From Batkoa obscura (lineage: Eukaryota), in the NCBI GenBank assembly GCA_030770535.1, contig JASVEC010000014.1, positions 124,001 through 188,000 on the forward strand: a stretch of 64,000 bases of DNA, given 5' to 3'. The position numbers were made by a program, and so were the translations under genes. The notes beneath the pieces were generated by a model. The model was not told where the DNA came from. It made no database searches and worked only from the letters and a program-made list of their open reading frames with translations. Position 1 is the first letter of the stretch; each line of letters starts with the position of its first letter. Positions 25,944 through 42,574 of the stretch are shown in pieces.

Positions 25944-26916
25944 ATGCTTTACGAAAGTCTCAAATTGAATAACACTTTGATAGCAAAGTAACCTCTATTA
26001 TCATTTTTTATTTTCTTTGATTAAAATTTCCTATAGCTTACCAGGGCCAAATGAGAAAAATATAACTTATAGCTATAACCAAAACATTTTGAATAGTTAT
26101 GATATCTATCTTCCAGAAAGTAAATTTGATGATGCTCCATTACTGATATGGATTCATGGAGGTGCTTGGGTCTCAGGCGACAAATCGGATTATTACTATT
26201 TTGCAAAACAACTAGCAAATAATGGAATTGCAACTGCCTTAGTAAATTATAGATTAAGTAGTCGGGAAAAAAATGGGCCTTTTAAGTATCCGGGGCATGC
26301 TTTAGATTGCTTAAATGCCTTCCTTTATATATTAAGGGATTCAAATCATTTGAAATATAGCCCAAATAATATATTTATAGGAGGGCATTCAGCTGGTGCA
26401 CAATTGGCAAGTTTAATAGCATTGAAGCCTGAAGCCTACTTATCAGGAAACCAAGAAGAAAAGAACGAAAAGTTAAGCCAAATTTCAAAGATAAAAGGGG
26501 TGGTGAGTTTGGGAGGAATCTTTGATTTGGGGCTTTTAAGTGAACAAGATGAATCTTATAAAAACGATTTTTTGATTCCGGCATTTGGAGAAGACCTAAC
26601 CAATAACAATAAGGAATTAAGTAGTTGGGAAGAAGCGTCCCCACAGTCCATGGCTAAAAATGACATTAAAAATTTGAAATACAAGCAGTTGCCTTCTATT
26701 TTATTAATGCATTCTATACAAGATACGTTAGTTAATCAAAGTCAAGCTATTAACTTCGATGCAAAGTTGAAATCATTGAATTTTACAAATATAGCTGTAA
26801 ACCAAGGGAAATACGGGAATCATTATGATATTCCAAATCATTTAGATGTAATTAATGGTGTGACTTCTTTTATTCTGTATGTATCAAAAATTAAACCAAG
26901 CCTATTTAAATTTTAA
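25944..26916 (+). CDS. Alpha/beta hydrolase, HSL family (kynurenine formamidase/esterase-like), 2 exons
   Basis: IWIHGGAW, VNYRLS, GHSAGAQL, HSIQDTLV, GNHY; intron ~25988-26036 joins to ATG 25944. Confidence 0.9.
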
Positions 26917-27750
26917 TAAACAAGTTAGTATACTTACTCATTTGAACTCAAGATTTTAAAAACAAATGAGATAAAATTTTATTTCAAATGACTAAATCTT
27001 CATATCGCTCTACTTTCTGAATCTATAGTATCGAATTATATCTATAATACTATTAAATGCTATAAAAAACTACTATGAAGTTATAAAATATTTTATATTA
27101 TGGAAGCTCATCTATACTTCAGACTGAATTATACTTATAGTGACTTTAAATGTATTTTTCATAAGTATCTTAATAGTTAGTAACAACTTGCATATTATTT
27201 TTTAATAACTAACCCTTTTAATTACTTTAAAGTAACAAACATTTATCTGAAAGGATCAAAGATTTTAAAAATATAATATTATACACTTGACTAAAATATT
27301 TTACCTTCGTAGTGACACTTCCTTGTCTTTAAAAAAGATTTTAGATCCCTTTGCTAGAATAACTTTTTTTAAGATGCAACACCTTTAAATATAAAGATTC
27401 AAATAACTTTTCAACAATGTTTTAAGATTTTGGTATTTTTTATAGAATAGTTGCGCTTTTAAAATGTTAGCCACTTTTAAGAAGTGAATTAATGATAATA
27501 CTTATACAATGAATGAGAAGGCAAACATGCATTAGCTATAGGGTCTTAATTATATAATAGCTTCAGGCTAACTAGGTTATCTCTTTTTCTCCTAGAATTA
27601 CAACCTGCTCCTCATTTATAAAATTTCCTTAGCCTTTTCTTTTAAACAAATCTGTTGTTTATTCTTACAAGTATGGCTAAAAATAAGGTGGATTAATTGT
27701 GAAGATATGATAAAGATATTGAAAAAGACGCAAATGTTTTATATAAACAT

Positions 27751-27849
27751 GGGGATATATTTTTTTGTTTAAGAATTTTACTAATAATTTTTTCATTCAA
27801 ATACTGCTTAAGAAATGGAAAAAGTAATAAAATCAAAAAAACACCCTTC
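27751..27849. mobile_element. MITE A
   Basis: GGGGATAT...CCCTTC; flanks ACAT/ATAT. Confidence 0.8.
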
Positions 27850-28733
27850 ATATAATATTTTTGGAAAAGACTAAATTTGCAAGGAAATCAGAACAAATTT
27901 CTAGCTCGGGAAAAAGAAAACCAATTAAAATTGAACCAGACTAATATTATCTAGTTAAGTTTTGAAAAATGTAACAATATCTCTTCAAATGCTAATATAC
28001 AGAAAAAGCTGGAACCAATCAAATAAAAAGATTATCACAGTAAAGAAAGCAAATAATGACTTTACTCTCATCATTAAGTAATATTTTATTAAGTTTCTGG
28101 ACTAAGTAATTGAATCTTTGACTATATTTCTTTGTTTATCTAACTATTTCGATTTTGCATGGTTTATTGGGTCATTTTTTAATTACATATTTAGTTTTGA
28201 TTAGTTAATATTTTAATGCTAAATTTTTTTAGTTTAATAATAAAATTATTATTGAATTAAGGATAAACATAATCCCATAGTAATATTTCAAATTACAAAC
28301 AAAAATATGAAGTAAGACTATAATCGTCCAATGTGATGTTTAGGCTTAAATGTTTATGACTATAAGGACTATTTGTCTATTATGTTTTATATTATATATA
28401 TTATTAATACAACAAAGTTAAAATCAAAGACTTAAGCTAATTTAATTGGGTGTTAATGCTGTGTATTGATTTGGGGATAAAAATCAAAAGCTTTAAACCA
28501 ATTAATGATTGGCCAGCTGCTAGTAAATTCAAACCATTTAGGAAAATTAAATTCAACATGTGATAATGATAAGAGCCATAACAAGAAAAAAATGACGAAT
28601 AAAAGGTAGATTAATTTTCAAATTATCATTTGATTTTATTACTTTCAATATAAAACTATTTTTCATTATCTTTTTTTAAGCTTTCTTTATATTCGTTTAA
28701 TTGTTCCATACTTTAAGTCTATTGTATATAAAA

Positions 28734-29426
28734 ATGAAAGTAAGAAGTTCAACCACAGCCGCTGAAAACCTTAATTTACCGAATGGTGCTGCTTTTTCGG
28801 TATTTCCATCAAAACCAAATGATAATAAGCCCGAAATATTGAACAGAAGTTATCCCACGTTTTCAAAATCTTGTAAAGACAAGAAGCAAGAAACGGTAAA
28901 AAAGGATACTTCCACATTCCCAGCTATATTACCAAAAATGTCTAATTATGATGATTCCCCTAATGAAAATTATTATTTAAAAAGTTTAAATCAAGTACAC
29001 CAACAACAGTTTAATAAAGATTTATATGATGATAATTCGTTTCATGTAAGCCAATATCCTACTAATCCAATAAATAAGCCAATTGTTGGTACTTCAGAAT
29101 GGGTGGCTTCACGTCGACAAAGTCATAAAGAAGTAGAGCGTAAAAGAAGAGAATGCATTAATCAAAACATTAATGTATTAGGGGAATTAGTACCAGGACC
29201 AGAACGCAATAAAGGGGGTATTCTCCATCGAGTAGTTCAGCACATTAAAGATTTACAACAGGAAAATGAATTACTTAGGGATGGATTTAGTAATGAAGAT
29301 AAAATGATATTAGAAAGATTAAAACAGGAGAATAAAAAATTAAAAGAAGAAAATGAAATACTCAAAAACCAAATTAAAGAAAGACACCAAAATAATATGG
29401 ATGTTAAACATGAAAGCAAAAATTAA
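28734..29426 (+). CDS. CBF1: bHLH-zipper transcription factor, Cbf1-like
   Basis: VGTSEWVASRRQSHKEVERKRRECINQNI..LVPG..NKGGIL followed by a zipper. Confidence 0.8.
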   Translation: MKVRSSTTAAENLNLPNGAAFSVFPSKPNDNKPEILNRSYPTFSKSCKDKKQETVKKDTSTFPAILPKMSNYDDSPNENYYLKSLNQVHQQQFNKDLYDDNSFHVSQYPTNPINKPIVGTSEWVASRRQSHKEVERKRRECINQNINVLGELVPGPERNKGGILHRVVQHIKDLQQENELLRDGFSNEDKMILERLKQENKKLKEENEILKNQIKERHQNNMDVKHESKN

Positions 29427-29744
29427 TTTATATAATAATACTTTGAGGCTATTTTTATCAAAATCAGGATATTATAGTAACCTTTCTTTTATGGATTAAA
29501 ATAATAATATTAATTATTGCGTTATTTTCGTATCCCTTCTTTTTCTTATATTATCCATTCTATTAAATATTATTTATTAAATATTTATTTATTTTTATTG
29601 TATTATTTTTTGAGTTACCTTCTATTAGTTCTATAAAAGTAATTTGAAAAAAGTCACAAATTGTAGAATTTGCGTTTCAATTCAAAACAGTGCTGAAATG
29701 CAAATGAGTTTTCTCATTTTATTTTAGTTTGGTATTCTAATTTA

Positions 29745-30765
29745 ATGTCAAATAAAGCAAGCTACAAACGATTAACGAAAGAGTATAAAGCTATTGTCAA
29801 TAATCCCATCCCTTTTATTATTGCAAAACCATTGGAAAGTAATATTCTAGAATGGTAAAAAGAGTTAATTATTTAAAAATTAGAATTAATTTTAGATAGG
29901 CATTATATTATTACGGGCCCACCAGAGACGCCCTATTCAGGTAATTACTTGTATTATAAAATGAATAAATATCCTAAAATAAAATTAGGTGGACAATATC
30001 ATGGTAAATAAACAAAGATATACGAAAAAATAAAAGTAACGAGATAAATTAAGGTAAATTAGTATTTCCTAACGATTACCCATTCAAGCCGCCTTCTATA
30101 ATGATGATCACACCCAACGGTAAAGCACATAATATTAATACCTATATCATTTAAATTCCTATAAGGTCGATTTGAAACGAATACCAGACTTTGTTTGAGT
30201 ATCAGTGATTTTCATCGTTAGTATATTTTCAACATTTAAATATAGCTTAATTGTGAATATTTATTTAGCTGATACCTGGAATCCAGCGTGGTCTGTTTCT
30301 ACAATACTAAACGGATTACTTTCATTTATGGTATATTTTTTTCTAGTATTCCATTCAATATTTTAAAAAAAGTATAGAATTCAGATGATATTACAACTGG
30401 AAGTATCAAAACTAGCAGTAAAGAGAAAGCAAAACTAGCAAAATTAAGTATGAAGTATAATTTTAAAAACAAAAAGTTTATAGGTAACTTATTTCAAATT
30501 ACAGTTGCCAATTGTTAATTTTATATCAATAGATACTTTCCCAGAGCTTAAAGAAAAAATGACCGATGCTATAAACTCTGTTGAAAATGAAATAGACACT
30601 TTTAGTTCAGATATTAATGTAAAACAACAAAGCAACATACAAGTACAACAAAATCAACAACAATCAAATCTTATGCTATCAGCCCAATCTTTATTCAATT
30701 CCAACTTGAAACTTGTATTTATACTGTTTGTATTTAGTTGTTTGTTATATGTATTATATAAATAA
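29745..30765 (+). CDS. UBC6: ER-anchored ubiquitin-conjugating enzyme, many micro-exons
   Basis: [76 protein letters not shown], C-terminal TM helix. Confidence 0.95.
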
Positions 30766-31312
30766 ATTAAGATTTTGACTATTTTACATTTTAAAATAGA
30801 GATTTTTGATAGGTATTATAAACCCTAGATTGAGCTTAGATAAGATAACTGATATTTTAGCTAATAAAAATAGATTGTCATAATCGTTTTATTGATTTTT
30901 AGTTTACTTGATTCACGATAATACTCTTTCTTTATTTTTTATAATAAAATATTGCATAAAAAATCTTTAATTGTTTTAATGTTTATTTATATTTTTTACT
31001 TTAATGATTTTTTATAAGACTTGTTTTATTATAAATACTAGGTCAAATATACAAATAAAAATTTAGAAAATAAACAACTATTACTTATGACTTTATTTTC
31101 GCTTTAGTTAAATGTTTCATATTCATAAATAAAATTCCAAATTAATTAACAAACAAGAACGAATATATTTGAAAATTATTCTATTATGCTTAACACTACA
31201 CAATATCTTATATTAAATATATAATTATAATACTCAATTCACCTGTTGTAAATCAAAGCCAAGATTTTAATTCCTATATAGCACAAATTAATTAATTAAA
31301 ATATTCTTAAAT

Positions 31313-31703
31313 GGGGATTTTTTTTTTGGTTTCATTACTTTTTCCATTTCTTAGGCACTATTTGAGCGAAAAGATTGTTAGTAAAATTCTTAAGCAAAAA
31401 ATACATCCCCAAATGGTGAACTTTAAATTTTAATTTATTATTTAACAATTATATAACATTACTTTTTTTAATAGTTACAAAACCATGACTATTAATATTA
31501 TTAATTATTTAAAACAACTCGATATAATAGATTCTTTCCAATAAATAACAAATCTAATTTATTTAATGATATACCATAGTTCTATACTTCAATAAGAGGT
31601 ATTTAAATATGGAGATGTTTTTTCTAGCTTCATTTTTTTCATTTAAGTACTATTTGAGCGGAAAGATTGTTAGTAAAATTCTTAAATCAAAAAATACATC
31701 CCC
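31313..31703. mobile_element. Two MITE A copies (31313-31410, TSD AAAT; 31611-31703, TSD ATAT)
   Basis: Consensus match with 4-bp flanking duplications. Confidence 0.85.
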
Positions 31704-32182
31704 ATATGTTGAAATTTATGGATTAGGAATTATTATTACAAAGGTAATTTTAATATTTGTTAAATAACTTGTCCCCCATTTGTAACAGTTGAAATAGCTA
31801 TAAGAACACAAAAATATATTAATAAAAAAGAACAATAACAAAATTTAACTTGTTTTTAAAAGAAAATACTGAACTTAAGTCAATTATATCATTATATCTA
31901 AGATTGGGTTTCGTTTTTGATTCATAAATCCGATTAATAAATGGTTATTATTATTGATTAAGCATAATTATCTTATATTATTACCTTGTATCTACTTAAT
32001 ATATATGGTTTGTAATATATTCTTTATACGAACAATTTAAATACAATTCAGAACATTAATAAATTAAATTCAACGAGTCATAAAGAAAACATATATTAAA
32101 ATGGAATCAAAATAACATAAAAAATAATATAAATAACCAACATTTCCTTACAACACTGACAATTCAAATAATCTAATTAATA

Positions 32183-32629
32183 ATGAAGTTTTTAAGCTAT
32201 CTATTAATCTCTTGCCTTTTTATTTTTACTGCCACCAGTTTAAACTTACACTTACCTCACTTTCACGCACATAAACGTGGTAAAAAGACTCATTTGGCCG
32301 CTGATCTAGTATTAGCAGGTACTGTTTGTGCCACCACTGCTGTTACTTGGAGTAGTATGGATGTTAGCTCAAAAGTAGTTGCAGTTGCTAGTAGTGTTGC
32401 TACTTGTGGTAAATTAGCTGCTTCAGTATGTGATTATTTTCAAGCTATAAATAAGAAAGCAAAGGCACTTGAAGAGAAAAAGAGAGATAAAGAGGCACTT
32501 ACTTTTGTACTCTCTAGATTACAAACATTAGAAAATGATTTGAAGGGAATGAAATGCGAGGTAACTAAAGTGAATGCAGAAAATGAAAAATTAAAGAAGG
32601 AAGTTGCTGCTCTTAAGAAGACCTCTTAA
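32183..32629 (+). CDS. Small secreted prepro-protein, family member 2 (148 aa)
   Basis: Paralog of 9371-9811; same signal peptide, HKR|GK site and Cys pattern. Confidence 0.85.
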   Translation: MKFLSYLLISCLFIFTATSLNLHLPHFHAHKRGKKTHLAADLVLAGTVCATTAVTWSSMDVSSKVVAVASSVATCGKLAASVCDYFQAINKKAKALEEKKRDKEALTFVLSRLQTLENDLKGMKCEVTKVNAENEKLKKEVAALKKTS

Positions 32630-32735
32630 TGTTTTAATATAATAAAATAATAATCTGATAAATTAGTTTTTTTTAAATGATATTTTATATAAAAATAATA
32701 TTTTATTAGATAAAAGAATTATAAGAACATAATTA

Positions 32736-34349
32736 TCATTCTTTAATAAATTGGTCAATTAAATCTAGTGCTCTTTCAGGTTGATCATGACCTACCCTAT
32801 GGCCAGCTTGAAGTACAATAGCATGTAAAATCTTTTTGCATTTTGTTTTATAACCAGCTAATTCATTATTAACATACCAATCTACTCTTTTTGCTTTTTC
32901 TAAACATGGATATTCATGGTATAGCCATTCATATTGTGACATGGCTCCATCTCGATAATCAAACTGCCCTGTTTGTATTTATTAATTAAATTTAATTATT
33001 ACTATTACATTATGATTACCTTGAAAAAATAACATTTTTAAATCCTTGAAATTTTTAAATAAAGGAACTACGCTTTTCATACTATCCTCCTAATAAACTG
33101 AATTAAAAATTAGATTATAACATAATGATTATTTACCTTTAAAGCTTCTTTAACTAAACTATTTTTAACAGTAAAATTATAACTTAAATCTACATTTAAC
33201 GCTAATTTACTTTGTTTTAAATTTAAATAATCTTCCATTTGCTTCCAACTTAAATGTTTATTTCCTAATCGAATATCATAATAGTCCACATCATAAGTTG
33301 CTTTCTTATAATACTCAAAGATTTCCTCTCTTTTATTATAAGCTTCTTCCCATTTTTTTTGAAATGTAAGAACTATAGCTGATGAACTTAATTCATTGAT
33401 ATATCTAGATTGTTTAGGTGTTAACAATCCCATACTTAATCCTAATGGACCATATACTTTAATTTGTGATACTGGATCAGTTAATCCATTCCCAATAGCA
33501 ATACCTTTTAATGAAAATTGTTCATTGATATTATCTTCATGGATTTTATTAAATTGAATCAATTCATTTGCAAAAACTGGAATAAATTTCCCAGCATAAG
33601 ACTCGCCAGTAATGTAGATAGAATTATTATTTGTAATTTCAAACAATTTACGAAACTCTACTAAAAACTCTACTAAATCCTTACCAACTCCACATTGTAA
33701 ATGTGCATACCCTTCTTTATTATAACATTTTTTATTTTCATCAATATCTTTAGCATTGTCCTTATTGATTTTACTAAATCCTGTTCCAACTGGTTGATCA
33801 ATATATAAAATAGAATAATCCTTGTTCCAGTTATTTTTGTTTTTTATAATTTCATTCTTCTGATTTAATTTTATCGGTCCATTCTATCATTATTTAGTTA
33901 TTAAACAAATTATTACACCTATATTATAACCATACCATATTAAACAATCCAATCATTGAACTAGCACCTGGTCCACCTTGTAACCAACTAAATAAAAACA
34001 ATTGTTTATATAAATATACAACCTTATTTAATACACTTACATAACTAAAGGAGGATTCTTTACTAATGTATTTTGGGCTTCAAAATACCAAAAGAATAAA
34101 TTAGCTGTATTATTTCTTATATCAATATTGCCTGCATAACCTAAATCTTTAATACTATCATCGGCTAATTTTAGACCTTGAACTTTATACTTTTCTTTGG
34201 TTGTTAAACTACTGAACGCTAATTTGTAAATTCAATGTTATCATCAATCATTATCAAAAGTCACTCAATTAAATACCTCTTATATTCCTTTGATGAATTA
34301 TCGAAGTCAATACAAAGTTGAAACATAATAGTAGCAAATAAAAATTCAT
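32736..34349 (-). CDS. Secreted serine carboxypeptidase, family S10
   Basis: LFFWYFEA, WLQGGPGASSM, YIDQPVGTGFS, GESYAGKF, IGNGLTDP, AGHRVGHDQP. Confidence 0.95.
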
Positions 34350-34949
34350 TATTAAGTTAGAATTTGAAAAGTATCTTTTTTAACGATTTCCTTGTTTTAT
34401 ATATAAAAATTAATAATGACGTCAACTAAAAAATGACTAAATTGTTATCCCTTTATTCGTGTATTTTTATTATTATAATTGCCCAATTTTATTTTTTTAA
34501 TTATTGGCTAAAATAAATGTTTTTTTGACTAAACAAATTTTGATTTTTAAATCTAGAAAATTACACATTCAAAGTATAAAAAATAAGTTAATAATGAATA
34601 TAATGATAACTTCATATTATTATTCATTACTATTATTCATTGTTATTATTTATTTATTAACTTATAGTATTCATATTAATATTTTTAGTTAAATTACTAT
34701 AATATTGCGTATCTAATATTAACATTATCTCATAGAAAACAACGATTGAATTTGTTTTTGGCCAAATTCTATATCCGTTGAAATTTATATCAAAAAATTC
34801 TTATAGATCAAGTAAGTTGAAAATCAATATAAAAAATATCAACAATTAAAAGAATCAAATAGTTAACAGTAAAAAAAATCAAAATAATATAATAAACACA
34901 TTATAGAAATTTGAAACTTTTTTACACTATTTATTTATTTTAACTAATA

Positions 34950-36419
34950 ATGAAATCTTTTGTTTTTATTTTATTTTATTTTAGTTCTTTAATTATATCT
35001 AACATTACTAATAATTTAATTATTGGTTTGGATGAAAATGTTATTGATTTAGGTAATAATATTAGTAAAAACAACATTGACATTATTAATAACGTTATCT
35101 TCTATAGTTGTAAAGAAAATAGATCAATTAATCAACCCTTTACAAAGTCTTAATTTAGCAGGTATCAATGTGTTAACGAAAGAGTACTTAATTAATGAAA
35201 AAGTACATTACGTTAAATTACTCCAATTTTACAATAATGATTTAAACATATTGATTGTCAACTTATCTATCTTAAATGAACCGAAACAAGCTACTCCAAC
35301 ATTAATTAAAAGTATAAAAGATAACAGTGGCATAAAATTTATAGAGCATGATAAATTACTAACTTCTCAAGCATTATTATCGCAACCAAGCCCTCCATCG
35401 TATGGTTTATCGAGAATCTCTTCACGTTCGTTAAGTCGAAGCCGAAATTCATCTCCATATATTTATGATAGTCACCAAGGGTAATTAATGTTATACACAA
35501 CTTCCAAGTCACACTAACTAAAGCTGAAAAAATATTATAGTCAAAACATTGATATATATATATTAGATTCCGGCGTTAATGAACAACATCGAGATTTTGG
35601 AGGTCGAGCCAAATTAGTAGCTAATTTCGTTAGTAATGAATCGGAGGAAGATTTATTTGGCCATGGTAAATATTCAATTAAATTAAATAAATTACAGTTT
35701 TAATTTTATCTTCTATTCTAGGTACTCATGTAAGTGGCATTATAGGCGGTAAAGATTATGGTGTAGCAAAGAAAAGCAACCTTTATGGTATTAAAATCTT
35801 GAATAAACGAGGGGAAGGTAGCGTTAGTCAGGCCTTATATGCATTAGCCTTCATCATTAAACGAGTAGAAAAGAATCCAAGACGTAGTATTATTAATTTG
35901 TCCTTAGCTGGGGATTTTAGTGAAGCCTTAAATCAAGCAGTGGATATAGCTTATAAACAATTAAATATTGCTGTTATAGTAGCAGCTGGTAATCAAAATA
36001 AAAATGCATGTTTGACTTCTCCTGGTTCAGCAAAAGGCGTTGTTGCAGTAGGGAATTCTGATGACAATGATAGAATATCAAGAACATCGAATTATGGACC
36101 TTGTATTACTTTGTTTGCTCCAGGCAGTAAAATTCGATCTGCTTCAAACACAGATAATTTTGGGTCTAAGATATTATCTGGGACTAGGTAAGTTCTTTAT
36201 CATTGATTGATTTTTGAAATTTTACTAAATTAACTTTTTGATATTTTTCATAGCATGGCAGCCCCTCATATAGCTGGTATTGCGGCTTTATTTTGGTCCA
36301 TGAAGCCTCAGCTTAATGTAGAACAATTATATACTTTAATACAAAATCAAGCGACTAAAAATGTACTTTATAACGTACCTATGGATACGCCAAATTTATT
36401 AGCTTATAATCAATTTTGA
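34950..36419 (+). CDS. Secreted subtilisin, proteinase K-like S8A
   Basis: Signal peptide, YILDSGV, GHGTHVSG, VAAGN, LSGTSMAAPH; an intron joins ORFs 34950 and 35077. Confidence 0.95.
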
Positions 36420-37029
36420 ATAATTTTGTTAATTGATTTGAATTCTACGTGTTTTTTTCAAGAATATAGTTAATTATTATAATCATATTTAATTTTATTC
36501 TTATTTAAAATGGTACGATTTAAAACATTTATTCTTGTAAAAAAATAGATTTTGTCGCATCTTTTTTTACTGCGGTCTAATTAATAATTTAGTTGGTAAA
36601 TTCAACATATTAAAAATTCCATTTTTTATTATTATTAATTATCTGATAGAAGTTAATATTATAATTTATTATCAAAATAAAATATATTAAGTTTTATTCT
36701 AGCTTTTTATCTCAATCTTTTCCAAACAGTAATTAAACAAAATTACTAAAATATAGGCTGATCGTTTATTTATCATACGATAAACATAGTTTTTGATGTA
36801 GCTTAAATTAACCAATCAGATAGATTGTATTGGAGAAATTTTATAAACAATAAAAAATCAAATTAATAAGATCAGACTATAAATACTAAATTCAAACTTT
36901 TTATTTTAAATTTAACTGTTTTAGTTTGTTATATCAATATATTGTGTTATTAATAAAACAGTAGAATAGAATAGATTTAAAAACAATCAACTTATTAAAA
37001 TTATAATAAAAAAAGTACATATATAAATC

Positions 37030-37794
37030 ATGGTCTCTTTATTACAAACCAAATACAACTATTTTCATTCTTTAACGCATGGTGTATTAAGTTTCTTTAT
37101 ATTATTTCTCGCCGGCTTCCTCACTTCTTTTTTATTTCAACAATTACAGTTTCAATATCATATATTAATTGTTCCCTTTAACAACACAAGTAGCACCATT
37201 TTATTAAATCAACAAAATCCACAATATTATCAATTTTTGTTATTACATTTACAATTTGGTTTACTTGCTGTATTATGTGGTTATTTATATCCTTATTTTG
37301 ATAAACTTCATGCTGATAAAATAAATAAAAAAAAGAATGACTGGTCTTCGGTAATGCGATGTGTGGGTGGATTGATTGGTGTTAATTACGCAGCTACTAA
37401 ATTATCATTTAATAGTAGTATTCAAGTATCTTTAATATTAGCTTTGATTTCAATTGCTCTTTGGTTTCTTTTTGATTTTACCAAACACGGTTTTTTGTTA
37501 TCTTTAGCTATTTCTTTCTTAGGGACTCTCAATTTTTATTTTCATGTTTATTTAGGTGGATTAAGGTAAGTTTTTGAACTTTTTGTCATTCTTATAAAGT
37601 AATATTTGTTTAGATTTACTAAAGCGGATTTCTTTGGGGTTAGATCTTATATTCCAGTAAGTTGATTTTATTTAAATGGTGAGGATTAAGTTAACCTTTA
37701 TTTTTATTTTTAGTGTGTATTATATGCATCCTGTATCTGTTATGGTTCCATTGGTCGACAACTATATATCAGTTATAAGCCAAAACAAAATTAA
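37030..37794 (+). CDS. INSIG-family sterol regulatory membrane protein
   Basis: DWSSVMRCVGGLIGVNYAATKL, LWFLFDFTKHGF, VRSYIP, GSIGRQL. Confidence 0.9.
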
Positions 37795-38059
37795 TAGTTT
37801 TTGTTATTTAACGATATAGTTTGTTTGTTTTCTCGTACAAATTGATCCTTTTTTCAACATATATCTTCTCATATTATTAATGTTTATTTCATTTATTTAA
37901 AAAAAATATATTAAACTTAATTTACCGTTTTTATTTTTTATTTTTTATTTTCTATTTTGCAAAACTTTACATGGATAGTTTTTTATTGGCTGAATTAATT
38001 TATATTGTAATTGAAATAAGTTGATTTCGTTTTTATCTTTATTTTTAATAGTCTCAGAT

Positions 38060-39780
38060 ATGGAATCTTACCAATTTATCCAAGATTTACTCCAAGAAGA
38101 TGGAATTACAGTAAACTCAATAAGACTTTGTATTGAATAGCATAATAATTTAAAAGTTAACTTATCGTACCTTGGCATATCAATTAAACATTAGTCTTGG
38201 GAAAGCTAAAGAGTAATTTAAAATTTAAAATTTAAAATTTAAAATAAATTTAAAATTAAAATTAAATAGAATGTTAACTCAATTAATTGAAACTAATCTA
38301 ATTGTTAAAGAATTATTTGATATTTATTATTTAATTGATGGTGAAAAAAGAGAAGGGGATATCAATTCTAATCATATATCATTGATTAAATATGAAGATA
38401 TTGAACAAAGTAAAAGTTTATTTAAAGATGGATTTCAGTTATCAGTTTACTCTATTAAAAAAAGAGATGAAGTAAGTATTATAATTTTTGAACTAAAAAA
38501 TTGGATATTTATATAGTTTTAGAAAGAATTCAATATCTTTAAATGCCATTGTTTAATTCCAGAAGATTATAATTCTAATAATAGGTAATCTTGGACATCT
38601 ATTAATTTTTTTTATTAAAATAATAATAATTATTAATATCAGTTTAAATGAAAATGTAGAATTAACAAAAGACATAGTAAGATAATTTTATCTTTATTAA
38701 TTATATTCATTAACTTTTGATTTTAGTTTTTCCCTTACTCTGAAAAGAATTCGATTGATAATCTAAAAATTAAACAAGAAATAAGACAACAGAAAACATC
38801 ACAAACTAAAGTACAATCTCGTATTATAAAAGAAGAAAAAGAGAAAGTAATATTATATATAAATTATAAGTAAATTAATGTTCAATATTTTTAATTAGGA
38901 GAACAAAACTAAATTTAAGAATTTCTTTAAAAGTGGTAGTAGTACTAATAATTCCAATAACAATGCTGAACAAACTCAAAGTAATATTGAGAGTGCAATA
39001 AATGATATTAAAAAAGAGAGTCAAGAGGAGAGTATTGATAATGAAAATCAAAAAGTAAAAGAAGAAGAAATAGAAATCAGTGTCAATAATATTAAAACCG
39101 AAGTTGAAAAAGAAGAATTAAAGAAGGATAACAAAAAAGGAAAGAAAGTGGTCAATAAAAAAGAAATTAAAGAAGAAAAAGAGATTTCAATTGAAGTATC
39201 CGAAGTTAAGAAAAAAGTCATAAATAAAAGCAAAATACCAGCTAAAGAGACAAAGAAATTGGCAAGTAAAAAAGCAAATCAACCTAAAGTTAAGAAAGAA
39301 AAGCAAAAAGAAAATATTAATATTAGTAAAGATGATGAAGTTGATATTGAAGTTGATATTGATTCCAATAATGATGAAGATTTTATTACTAAACCTAATT
39401 TTAAACGTAAAGTTATTGATAGTGATAGTGAAAATGATGTTAAAGAAGACATAGAAGTTAAAAAAGATATTGTACAAATGATAAAAAGTAATAAAAATGA
39501 TACAATTAAAGATAAGGAGAATACAACAGTAAATGATAGTAACAAAAAAATGAAAAAAGTATCTAAACAAGTTATGGAATTTGGAGATAATGGAGAAGTT
39601 AAAGTCACTTTTGTAGATGAATATGTTGAAATATTAGATAATAAAAAAGAAGATAATAATAAACAATTTGGAAACAAAGAAATAGAAGAAAAAGTAAAAG
39701 AAACAATTAAAGTCAAATCTGAAAATAATAATAAAAAATATAAACAATCGAATTTATTGAATTTTTTTAAAAAGAAATAA
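38060..39780 (+). CDS. POL32: DNA polymerase delta subunit 3 (POLD3/Cdc27/Pol32)
   Basis: N-terminal VT/LTYRTLAY..AK winged-helix-like segment, long K/E-rich linker, C-terminal PIP box QSNLLNFFKKK. Confidence 0.8.
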
Positions 39781-39829
39781 ATAATAATAATAATAGTGGT
39801 AATAGTAACTATTATTATTATTCTTTTAA

Positions 39830-42574
<2,745 letters not shown>

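Noticed and set aside
34950..35484. Apparent frameshift between overlapping subtilase ORFs
   Set aside because: Resolved by a canonical GT-AG intron (~35053-35107)
38214..38270. (TTTAAAA)n and similar short tandem repeats (also 20556-20590, 40110-40155)
   Set aside because: Low-complexity AT-rich intronic or intergenic slippage with no sign of function
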